NCBI GenBank assembly: GCA_002633005.1
Contig: NMRA01000059.1
Coordinates: 423,883-487,882 of the forward strand
Source: Phoronis australis
Lineage: Eukaryota; Animalia; Phoronida
Length of the DNA stretch: 64,000 nt
Direction of reading: 5' to 3'
Below are positions 54,225 through 64,000 of the stretch, one piece after another; the first letter of the stretch is position 1; each line of letters starts with the position of its first letter. The position numbers and the translations under genes are program-made. The notes below the pieces were generated by a model that was given only the letters and a program-made list of their open reading frames with translations, was not told the origin of the DNA and ran no database searches.

Positions 54225-56093
54225 GCACAGCTAGCTAAAGGGCTATCTGACATCAAATCATGGATCACACCGTCAATCAATGACCTCCATAAACATACAA
54301 AGCCTCTGCACTACAAATTTATGCAAGATTCTGAAACTGTCAAAATTTTCTAGACACACAGCAAGTTCCTCATGGACGGAAGCACCATCTTTATTAAAAA
54401 AAAATTGCCAAATGGAAATCCAAAAGTTCTTCAAGTAAAACTTGATCCAAAGATTCTGGGTGGCTTGAAAAAAAATCTTTCCCTTTGGAAATTTCTCTTT
54501 TCAAACCAGAAAGACGAGTATGAATTTAGGTGGTGGAAAGCATACATTTCAACTCTAAAAATGCTCACCAATGAGTGCAATGAAAGGCGCATATTCTCAG
54601 CTAAGAATGCAACATGGTGGTTACCATCTCTACCTCACTATTCTGAAGAAATGGAAGTAATGGACAATTCTGGTGATCCAGCTATACCGCCATCCCTGCA
54701 CTTGCTTCTTCAACAAGAACTTGAAGAGCCTGAGGTGAGATTTAAAACTAATTGTGTCACCATAAAATTATCCCTCATAACTGCAATGATAACCATTCCT
54801 ATAGACAACATGCAGTCAAGTGTTCAACAAGCTATGTAACATTTAACAGTAACTGAGGCCAGAGGTAAGAAGTAAAAGGTAACAACCACCATACATGACA
54901 AAGCCATGCATTTATTTTAAGTTATTCTTCATTAAAGCTGCATTTTGCTAGCTGTTTAGCCGCAAATGAATAATAAATTAAGCCTATCAACCAGTCTCTT
55001 AATATTTATCATTATAACAGAACTCCAGTACTAAAAAGATACTCGAAACCATCAGCAGTGCATGAACAGGTTTCAAAGTTTATTGAAGTCGGCCATTACT
55101 GAAATTGCAAACTTGAAAATGGGACACGTACGTGTAACTGAAGTCAGGTGCTCTGGCCCATTTGATGACATTTCCACACCAGATGAGTGTGTAAAATATT
55201 TTTAAACCCACAGTTAATAATGCATCACTGACAGCTCAACAACAACAAAATATCTCCTTAAGTTCAAGAACCATGAGTACGCATGACTACAAGATGCTGA
55301 ACCCTTACTTGACAGAGCATTTTGCTTCATTCTTGATAATGTTCATTAAATATTGAGAATGAAATAAAAATGCTCTGTTAACTTTTGGAGCAAGACCAAA
55401 GATTGCTCACAAAATCTGCTAAGAATATACGGCTAATGTTTTAGGCCAGTTAAACAATGACTTTAAGGAAAGACCACCTACTTCAAAACACAAAATCTAG
55501 TTGATGATACAGTAAAAAGTGTCTTGGTTGATTAAAGCTTTTATCGTTTAGGGGAGGTAACAATGATGCACATGCAGGTGGCAGGACCAGCTTTTGTAAA
55601 GCGCATATTATATGTTTGTTCTATTTTATTTAACAGATTGTAGTTGGATCAGGAAGGACATGAAAACAATGATGCTTCATCTTCACTGTTATACACCATT
55701 AAAAGGTGTGTGGGAACTAATGAAAAAACTTCTAAAAATGTTGTCACATAATCTTTTGTAAAATAATAAGAAATAAAAGTTACATGAAAAAGTGTGTAAC
55801 GTCTATGCAAAAAAGGAAAGGAAAATATGTAATAAGTTTTGTCATCATGTTCCTAACACCTTGCACCAGTATTCATGTTAAGACAGAATTTTTATTACAG
55901 TAAAGAACTACAAATTGAACAGTGCTGACCCGAAGAAAACAAGTGGTGGACAACAGCCTTGACAGTTTAGTTGAATTTTCGCTTTTTGACAAGTTTGCAT
56001 AAGCTGCCTTATCCCTTGTGTGCCCTCTGACAAATTTGTACCTGGTTCTTCTGGGTGTACAATTAAATTGTAAACAACATCAGCCTGACACTC

Positions 56094-56890
56094 AGACTAA
56101 GAGAACAAATGAGTGGTGTAATGGCTGATGTATACGACGGTAATATTTGGAAATAATTACGTGGTGGGAAGTATGATTTTTGGTGCTGAAGGTAACTATG
56201 GACTCATGTAAACTTGTGACTGGCTCCAACCTCTTAAGCACACTAGTTATTCTGTTGGGGGTACTTACCTTGATTTTTAAACTTGCCTCGTGAAGACAAA
56301 TTTTAAAGAACGTTAGTTTAGTTGGAATTATTCCTGGCATCAAGCAGGAACCCCTACAAACACTTTTTACAACTGCTGGTAACAGATCTGAATAATGTAT
56401 GGATTGAGGATTTTATAAGTCTACGAAAAATCTTTAAAAGTTTAGGTTGGCTAATTTGTGTGTAGGTTGTGACGTGCCTGCTAGCAGAAAGTTGTGTGGA
56501 TTCTTGGGCCACATAACCAACTGAGGTTGTAATAAGTGCACCAAAACAATTTCCTGGCACAATTGGGGAGAAGATTTTGAGGATTTGATAGAAATTTGTG
56601 TCCACCAAAGTCAACTGAAACACACAGAAACATATGTGCTCAACTTTCTAGATTTTCAACCAAAGGTGAAAAACAAAACTTAGAAAGAATGCATGGTGTT
56701 AGGATTTCATGTCTTTATGGACTTAAAATTATTTTGATCCCGCACATATACCACACATTGACCCAATGCACAACTTATTTCTTGGGACAATTAAATTGAT
56801 ATTTAACCTGTGGAAAATGAAAAGAGTGCTAACGGATGAAGATTTGTTAATTATTGAAGAAAGAATGGAGAGAATAAAATGTCCATTTTA
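56094..56890 (+). mobile_element. CACTA-type element copy 2, 3' part (continuation of 46497-47425; duplicates ~45640-46310)
   Basis: agactaagagaac(a/g)aatga(g/c)tggtgtaatggctga... is collinear with copy 1 and extends further (IDPMHNLFLGTIK). Confidence 0.85.
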
Positions 56891-57704
56891 CGTTGTACTC
56901 GACTCTACGTGGCCAAAAGGTGGAGTGCAGACCAGTGGTTTACTTTGTAGGAAAACAAGGCAATCATAAACCTCTTACTGGCTGTTCATTATGTATATGA
57001 CTTTCCACAGCAGTCGATAGTAAAAGGTTCTTGAGAATCTTTGCTTGATCACCTTCTTCAAAGTGTTCAATGTTGTAAATAAATAAACACACTTCATCCA
57101 GTGGGGGCAATGTGTGTTTTACAGACAAAATACTTGGATTAAAGTCTAATTATCCAGGGGCCATGATCTGCCATCACCCTAGGATCTTGTCGGTCAATTT
57201 TGTAACTGGCATACATGGTAGGGAATAATGAAATGTACTTGTCTCCATCCTTAACCAAATTAATGAGATACTGCAGCAACCAGCTATTCAAGTTGCAGGT
57301 GCACTGTCACATGTCATAATAAATATTTGTTGAATAACAACTCCAGTGATGAGTCTCTTGGGCCAAAATCTGCTTGATTACATCACGACCTACTGTAACC
57401 ATGGAAACTAACATGCCATGTCTCTAACCTGTAAAGCAGCAGGTATATTGCTGCAACATTTTCATACCATTAGATAACAGAGCTATTTGCTTGTAATTTG
57501 ACATCAGTATAAAAAGTGCTACCAAATAGATTAACTGAAAAACCATTAAGTAACATATAATGCAAAAATACATTACTGTAAATTTTAAACAAAAAAGAAG
57601 AAAATAAAATATGTCTTAATAGACAATTCTAATGAGATCTGGGATATTGCCATAGAAATACAACCGAGTATCATACTGAATATACACTGGTTGACTCACG
57701 ACAC

Positions 57705-60700
57705 TCAGGGTCTTCTTGTGAGCTGGCCATAATACACTTTAATCCAGTGCTGAATGAGGTCCTTTTCCATCTGTCTGGCCTTTTTAACTGACGGTGGGTC
57801 TGCTGCATTGCTTGCCCTCAAGTCCAGGTGATGGGCACCCTCTGGTATCACTATGGCAACCAGGCTGTCACTCAAAGATTTCAAGACTCCTCCTCCTGAC
57901 CAGGGATCCAGTAACCCATTACTGAAACAAGAATGGCATAACAGCATATTTTGCTTACAAAAAGACAAATCATTCGTAAAGAAAGCTAGCCAACAAGGCA
58001 ACCATGAATGGGGAGAACCAAGATAATTTTTTGAGGTAACTAATTTCAATATGTGAGGCATAGATCACAACAGGAGTCTTTCCAAGTACATTGTGCTAAG
58101 CTTTCATATTGTAGTGACATTAAACAGAACAGTTGGTGCCCGACCACCAGTGTAGAAAACTGACCCTTACTATAACAACAGTAAACTTCAACAATTACGT
58201 TACACACAAGGTGAAGAAAGAAAAGAAATATGCTGTAAACCTTCATCATACTGTGTATAGATTACTTAAAATAGAATTCAAGTTTCAAGACCTTCCTGAA
58301 GAAACTGAGAAATGAACTGCCATAATTTGTCCACCTGAATATAATGTTGGAGGCGGCGGTGATGTTCTTTCCACCAAACACAGTCTTGATCCAGTAGGGT
58401 CTAGGTGTCAACTGGAGGTTCTGATCACAGTTAGCAATGAACTGCGCCAGGTTCCATGGTGACGGCGGGAATATGGCGCTCTCCGCATCCGTACACATGG
58501 GCATCACCATCTCCATGCAACTCTGTGGAACCAAGAACAGTGTTATATCTAACTTACAACAGTTACGAATAACGTTGTTACATATTCTGCAGCGCAGGGT
58601 TAACCGTGAGTAAAAATCAAACCAAGATTCAAAACGCCCGTCTTGTGCATGCATTACAAATTAATATAAAACAACAAAGAAATTCCTTTTCCCTGTCATG
58701 ACAGATATACCTCTTCTTTCAGACAGTGAATAATGCCTGCACTCAGACAGTGAATAATGCCTGCACTCAGACAGTGAATAATGCCTGCACTCAGACAGTG
58801 AATAATGCCTGCACTCAGACAGTGAATAATGCCTGCACTCAGACAGTGAATAATGCCTGCACTCGGCAGCGTTGATGGGAAATTGTGCCAGCACTGAATC
58901 ATCATGATAGGAAAATCTGTCTGCACCCAACGTCACAACAGGGAATTCCACTAGCACTCTGGCGTCGTCACAGGGAATTCTGTCAGTACTCAGCTGTCAT
59001 GATGTGGCATTTCCCTTGCTCCCTGTCATTATCAGGGAGTTACATTTGAACTCTGTCGTCATTACAGAAAACTCCGCATGACGGGGAATTTCATATGCAA
59101 CCAGCTGCCATGAGTGGGATTTCTAGGTTATTTTGTGTAACATTATTCGTAGCCTACTGTATTCTAGCCAAAATGCCTAGAAAATGTTTCTGTTGCAATT
59201 CGCCTATCCTACAGGATGGATGCCGTTGGCAGTGAACAGTGAGATCATTTTTAAAAGTGTCTCGCCAAACCCACTCACCTGACAGTTCCACCCACGGTCA
59301 TCCAGACTGGCTGTGGCTCGCTGAGTCAAGCTGAAGCATGTCGCTTGACCTGTATAGTTTTGATAGACTGACACAGCTTGATAGATGGCTGCCAACAACT
59401 TGGGATCTGTTGGGAACTCTGTCGACAAGTAAGTGCAGGCGGTCTGTAACCATAGCAACAAGGTAAGACCACTTGTACCCTTTCTGGTGGATTCTGTTCC
59501 AATGGCCATACAGGGGCAGTGCACTCTTTTGTTGTACGCAGTAAAACTTCGAAATGACAGACGTCAAAAGAAAATCTTACCATGTCACACTAGTGTGATA
59601 AATTCAATTTATTACTGACTGCTTCAAGTCTTGTGTCTCCTGTTGGTAGTTTTAAACCAGAGATAGTGATTTGACATCTGGTTTGTTGCATGCAGCATAA
59701 CTTCAGAACAGATGAGTTTTGGTTTACCCGCGACTGACAAAAACAAAACTGGATTAACTTTAAAGCAGAATGCAAGTACAAACTGTGAAAGAGTGAAATT
59801 CTGGGTCTTGATCAGCCACAAATCGTTTAAGAGTGATTGCAAGTGTATCTCTTGTGCTCACAATTTAAGTGGCTATTATGTTGGGACACATGTTCATTTG
59901 AGTAGTTGCCGTGTCTTGGATTTAGGGTTTGCCTGAATTAAAGCAAGTTAAAATGTCTGGTGTGGAGCTGTTTGGGCCTTCAAAAGCACAACACCCGTGA
60001 GTTTTGATCTTAGTGATACCTTTATTGGCCAGGCAGGTAGAGGCATCAGAAATGATGTGGGGTACGGGTAGTTGACCATGGCCATGTATGTCCACGAGTC
60101 GGTCAACCAGGACTTGAGAAGGCCCACATCTGACAGCGGGTCGCACAACTTGAACTGACTGGTCAGATACTGTCTGCCGGCCTCTGGAACATGTGACGAG
60201 GATCAGAATATAGTTCACAAATTCCATATGAACCATCACTTAGCAAATTACCAGTGAAACAAAACACAAAATTAGAATTTGTTGAACCAGCGCTATTATA
60301 AGACAAAGTTGCCCAAAACCCCACTGCAATACGTTCTTCATGACCTGTGTGTGTAGATGAGTATCCAAGTAAAATTATCAGGGCCAGATGGTGTACGAAA
60401 AACAGTACAACTAAAAGTTTAACCGGCAGGTGGGTGAAACAGACATGGGCAAATCGCTATTTTGAAATAACGATGAGGGAGAAAACATTGGGACTCGTGC
60501 ATTATCGAGTGGATATCTCCAATTTCACCACTATTCCCTTTTAACAGTTGCACTCTTGTCAGCTGTCCCAAGTCAAGGATCTAAGCTCCAGCTATCATCC
60601 CACCAATTCACTATTTGAACAGTCTTCGAATCAGCAACTATTGGTGCAGTGAGATACACCACATCATGCCAGTTGTGGCTCTATGACAGTATTCTTTTGT

Positions 60701-62972
60701 CTACAAAGAGCTACGCCATGAAAAACTATGAGCATACCTGTAATTGAGATTTACTATATCTCTCGGTAAAAGCACACAGGAAATTGATGTTGCTTTCTCG
60801 CCATTGATTCTTACAGTATAACAATTCACACCCAGCTAGAGTTAGTGTAAACTTCAACAATAAATGACTACAGTTTCTGACTAAGCATTACCTGTCTGCC
60901 CATAACTAAGCATTACCTGTCTGTCCATAACCAAACATTACCTGTCTGCCCATAACTAAGCATTACCTGTCTGCCCATAACTAAGCATTACCTGTCTGCC
61001 CATAACTGTCCAAGATCTTCCACGAACGTTTGATATTAGAGCCACATGATTTGCTTGTGTTCACGTAAACCTCAGATGAAATGTCAGCGTAGGTGGAGCA
61101 CGGTGTCAGACCCTCGAACTGCCAGATGGGTGCAGAGGCTGCCAGCGCCCTGGAGATATTAATTACCTCACATGACCAAATGAGTAAAATAGCACTGTGC
61201 ATGGAGAACTGGAGTAATGTAGTTATTGCATTTTTTATAACTCAGCACTGCACCCTTGCTTTTTGACTGTTACACTTAACAATTTATTTATACTGAATCT
61301 GATATACCGTATTCGCCGTAATAACCGCCCATGCCCCTATAAGCGCCCCCCCACGCGTTTTCAGACTTTGCTGAAATAAGCTCCCAGTCCATGAACGTGT
61401 ACATGCGAACAATGACGTACCTGCAGTCCTAAAACTCGGCTACAGTAACGTCTTAAATTTATCAAAAAAAAATTTGCACGGGTCTTCTAGACCACCAGCG
61501 GCACTGCTACGTTTGTATTTAGCCGTGACAAAGTAACGCAGCGCTTCAAAAAGAAAGCAACAGCGTTGCTACGCTCTCGCGACGACCGTGTCCCATGGTC
61601 TGACCTTTCAGTAGACACATCGACTGTCTCATGAATAAAAATAACTCGGTGTTAAACGCACGTGGCCAGGAAGCGCGCGCTACATAACCTGTCATCAAAG
61701 ACATTAGTTGGGAACTATCCATTTATGAAGCGGGTAGCATAGCATCGATAAGAAATGAATATTGGAACTAATTTCCGACAACTTCTAATACTATCAACAT
61801 GTTTGCGTTATGTCTGAGATGCATTGTTTGATTAACCGTAATTGGTGTTATTAAGCCGAATATCCGATAAAATGACAACTGACACTGAATGCTTACACAC
61901 CCTTACACCGAAAAATAAATGTCAGATAGTTACGTACGCATCCAGCAACACGGCGACTAATATCGGCCTTGCCGAGACAAATGTCGAAAGTTTTTAGCAC
62001 GAGACCGGCAAGTGCTGAATAAAACACGCTCTGGTTTAGGTCTACTGCTTGTGCAAATTTCTTTAGACACATCTAGCTAGTTAGATTGCGTGGCTCTGAC
62101 CGAAAGACGGTCTCTGCTTTGGCAAATGAACTCTGGTGACACGCACGCGCTCGCTTACTCGCTGACGAACTTCAAAACAAACGTCACGTGACAACAACAT
62201 GTGTGTTCGTCCAGACATTTTTCTCGCCGTGTTGCCGATCATACATGTAGATGGTACGATGTTGCACAGATTTATACTTAAACCTGCCGTTAATCCAGAC
62301 TCCACGGGAACTTAAAAACCTTAGAGACGCTGCTTATATAATTGAATGAGGATTTCAGGTACTTTATCAAAACCATTTTTATTCAAGCATTGAAGTCGCC
62401 ATATTGAAGACAGCGATTTTGAAGCAGTCAGTTGGCGAGTTTTCGCCCTGGGATTTCAGCACAATTTTCTGTAAAATGATCGTAATTTAGCAGCAAAGTT
62501 TGATAGCAATGCACCACAGTTTTGTTGAAAGTCTTTCATAGATTACATGCGTCACAGAGCGTAAATTTGATGAATCTTAGCTTCCGATTTCACCCGTTTC
62601 GGAGACCGATTTTCAACCGCCTTGGGTTATAATAAGCGCCCCCCTGAACCGAACTTTTCTAAGCGCCCTGGGCGGTTATTACGGCGAATACGGTATTCAA
62701 GTTAGGAATGGGTGACCTGGCAGGGTATTGCACAATAAGTAAAAATCTTGTAAAAACTTTTTCTTTCAAAGCTTGCCAATATTTCTAAAAAACGGTACCA
62801 TAAACTGATTATCACAAACGAGCTTGAAACGAGGCTCTGAAATGGTCACGATTATACTAACCCCAATGAGGTACTCACCCAGCTACGATATGAGGGTACT
62901 TCATTCTGAACCAAGCAGAGAGCATGCCACCGTAGGAACCTCCAAATGAGATGACGGGACTGTTTGCAGCAC
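57705..62972 (-). CDS. PRCP: Lysosomal Pro-X carboxypeptidase (peptidase S28), 3' six exons; 5' exons lie beyond the window
   Basis: Exons 62972-62879 ([27 protein letters not shown]), 61149-60992 ([11 protein letters not shown]), 60183-60020 ([20 protein letters not shown]), 59443-59279, 58522-58335 ([16 protein letters not shown]), 57921-57705 ([21 protein letters not shown]). Phases are consistent and the Ser/Asp/His triad motifs are intact. Confidence 0.95.
58719..58864. repeat. 24-bp perfect minisatellite x6 (tcagacagtgaataatgcctgcac) in a PRCP intron
   Basis: Read directly; embedded in an older degenerate repeat tract (~58680-59120). Confidence 0.95.
60881..61005. repeat. 25-bp tandem repeat x5 spanning a PRCP exon/intron junction
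   Basis: ctaagcattacctgtctgcccataa at 60881, 60906, 60931, 60956 and 60981 (two copies carry substitutions). Confidence 0.95.
61307..62693. mobile_element. Non-autonomous Tc2/pogo-type DNA transposon, copy 2 (inverted relative to 41009-42423)
   Basis: TA|ccgtattcgccgtaataaccgccca ... tgggcggttattacggcgaatacgg|TA, a perfect 25-bp TIR. Confidence 0.92.
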
Positions 62973-64000
62973 CTAGTAGAAGGCCCATCATTATTAACTT
63001 TCAGCAATCTTTTGGAAGGTAAGACTTTCTTTATTTGGGCCGTCACGATTGCACGGCAATAGAAATCTCCTTTGTCCCGCGGATAAGAAAGCATGTGACC
63101 TAGTTTTGGAAATCAGGCACATTTTTGTGTCTCTCGTTGATGTTGCGAAGACCAAGAATTTTCAAATCACACATCCACAGGGATTTCCCCAGTTTATTGA
63201 TCTTTCTCACATGGCAGTTGCAGTCCATGGTACAGCAGTAATATTTTGTTAGCATTGGAGACGAATTGAGTAATGCAACCGAGAAAACCTCGAAAAGAAT
63301 CAGACAACAACAAATAACATGTGAGACCCTAGTGGCATGAAAATGAGGCAGCAAATGTTCCTGACGGATGTTTACAGTGTTGTGGGTAAATACAGCCAGA
63401 TTCGAAAGTCGCTGTCTAATCCAAGATGGGCGTATTAGCACAGATCTATGAAAAGAACTTTGTATGAATTCACCATGAAAAATGACATAAGTCACAAATT
63501 CGGTCTTGTGCTCCAAGTTCACAATTACTGAATAATGATTTAACAATTTTACTATCAGCACATCACAGTCTTGAAATAATTCATACAAATAGTGTGAGTA
63601 ACTTGAACTTAAGGTATATTCTCAGAGATTTTGTACTTTTTCTTAAGTGATATTTAATTACTTTTTAGAAATATGAAACACGAATCTGAATAGTTACCAA
63701 GTAATGCAGTAGGGAATTTTGAATTCCAGACAGTGTCAAGACAAAACTCAACATAAGAACCATCAACAGACCTCAGAAAGGACATCTTACATTGGCCAAA
63801 GCAACATTGACACTTAGCCACTTTGGCAAAACCTCAACAGTTCTTTTGCAAGTAAACTCAAAGTTATCTTGGGAAGAACAATGAAAGACTGATAAGAGAA
63901 CAGCAAAGCACCTACTACAAAAATTTGGATTATAATTGTACATATTTGGGATAGGATATACAAAATAATTTTTTTTAAAACACCGTTAGGATTCACGCAA

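Larger units (their letters stand above)
49102..54734 (+). mobile_element. Intron-containing, decayed Sola-like (DUF7869-type) DDE transposase, interrupted by nested inserts
   Basis: GT-AG-bounded exons 49102-49198 (LSLIMDGMDQSK), 52947-53064 (LPPVLYLRADYC*RENKNKYVLG), and 53395-53529 + 54231-54734 (VQMSFLMVGHTHQDIDAGFS...KGLSDIKSWI...KPLHYKF). Contains in-frame stops. The family name is recalled from motifs, not searched. Confidence 0.65.

Noticed and set aside
57340-57375. gtgatgagtc...ggccaaaa hammerhead-like string
   Set aside because: Lacks intact CUGANGA and GAAA cores and flanking stems.
58661-58957. ECRHYSLS / SAGIIHCL repeat ORFs
   Set aside because: Translations of the intronic 24-bp minisatellite; units are identical with no spacers, so not a CRISPR array.
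63100-63588. 162-aa - strand ORF upstream of the visible PRCP exons
   Set aside because: No S28 peptidase motifs (such as EHRYYG or QALAD); lies in a PRCP intron and is likely spurious.

Overview
AT-rich, intron-containing animal genomic DNA that looks like a marine invertebrate (taxon not determinable), with three N-gaps. I reconstructed four spliced genes by hand from GT-AG sites and reading phase. (1) An unrecognised + strand gene (9397-13756, ~687 aa) with a long acidic 13-aa tandem repeat, a coiled coil and a C-terminal CaaX box (CSVM). (2) A complete STIMATE/TMEM110 on - (20590-25635, 7 coding exons, 299 aa). (3) A head-to-head SFMBT1/2-like MBT gene on + (28715-44197) with a ~670-aa low-complexity N-terminal extension; no exon is visible after the second MBT repeat. 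(4) The 3' six exons of lysosomal Pro-X carboxypeptidase PRCP on - (57705-62972). Between SFMBT and PRCP lies a ~12-kb nested block of decayed transposon coding fragments from about seven unrelated families (CACTA, L1/Tx1, integrase-type DDE, Sola-like DDE, Gypsy gag, P element, Penelope), all on the + strand. This is the most unusual feature and a candidate uni-strand piRNA-cluster or TE trap. Also present: a 3.8-kb intronic palindrome, Tc2/pogo-type MITEs, a duplicated in-frame alternative acceptor segment in STIMATE, and a five-fold tandem amplification of a PRCP splice donor.
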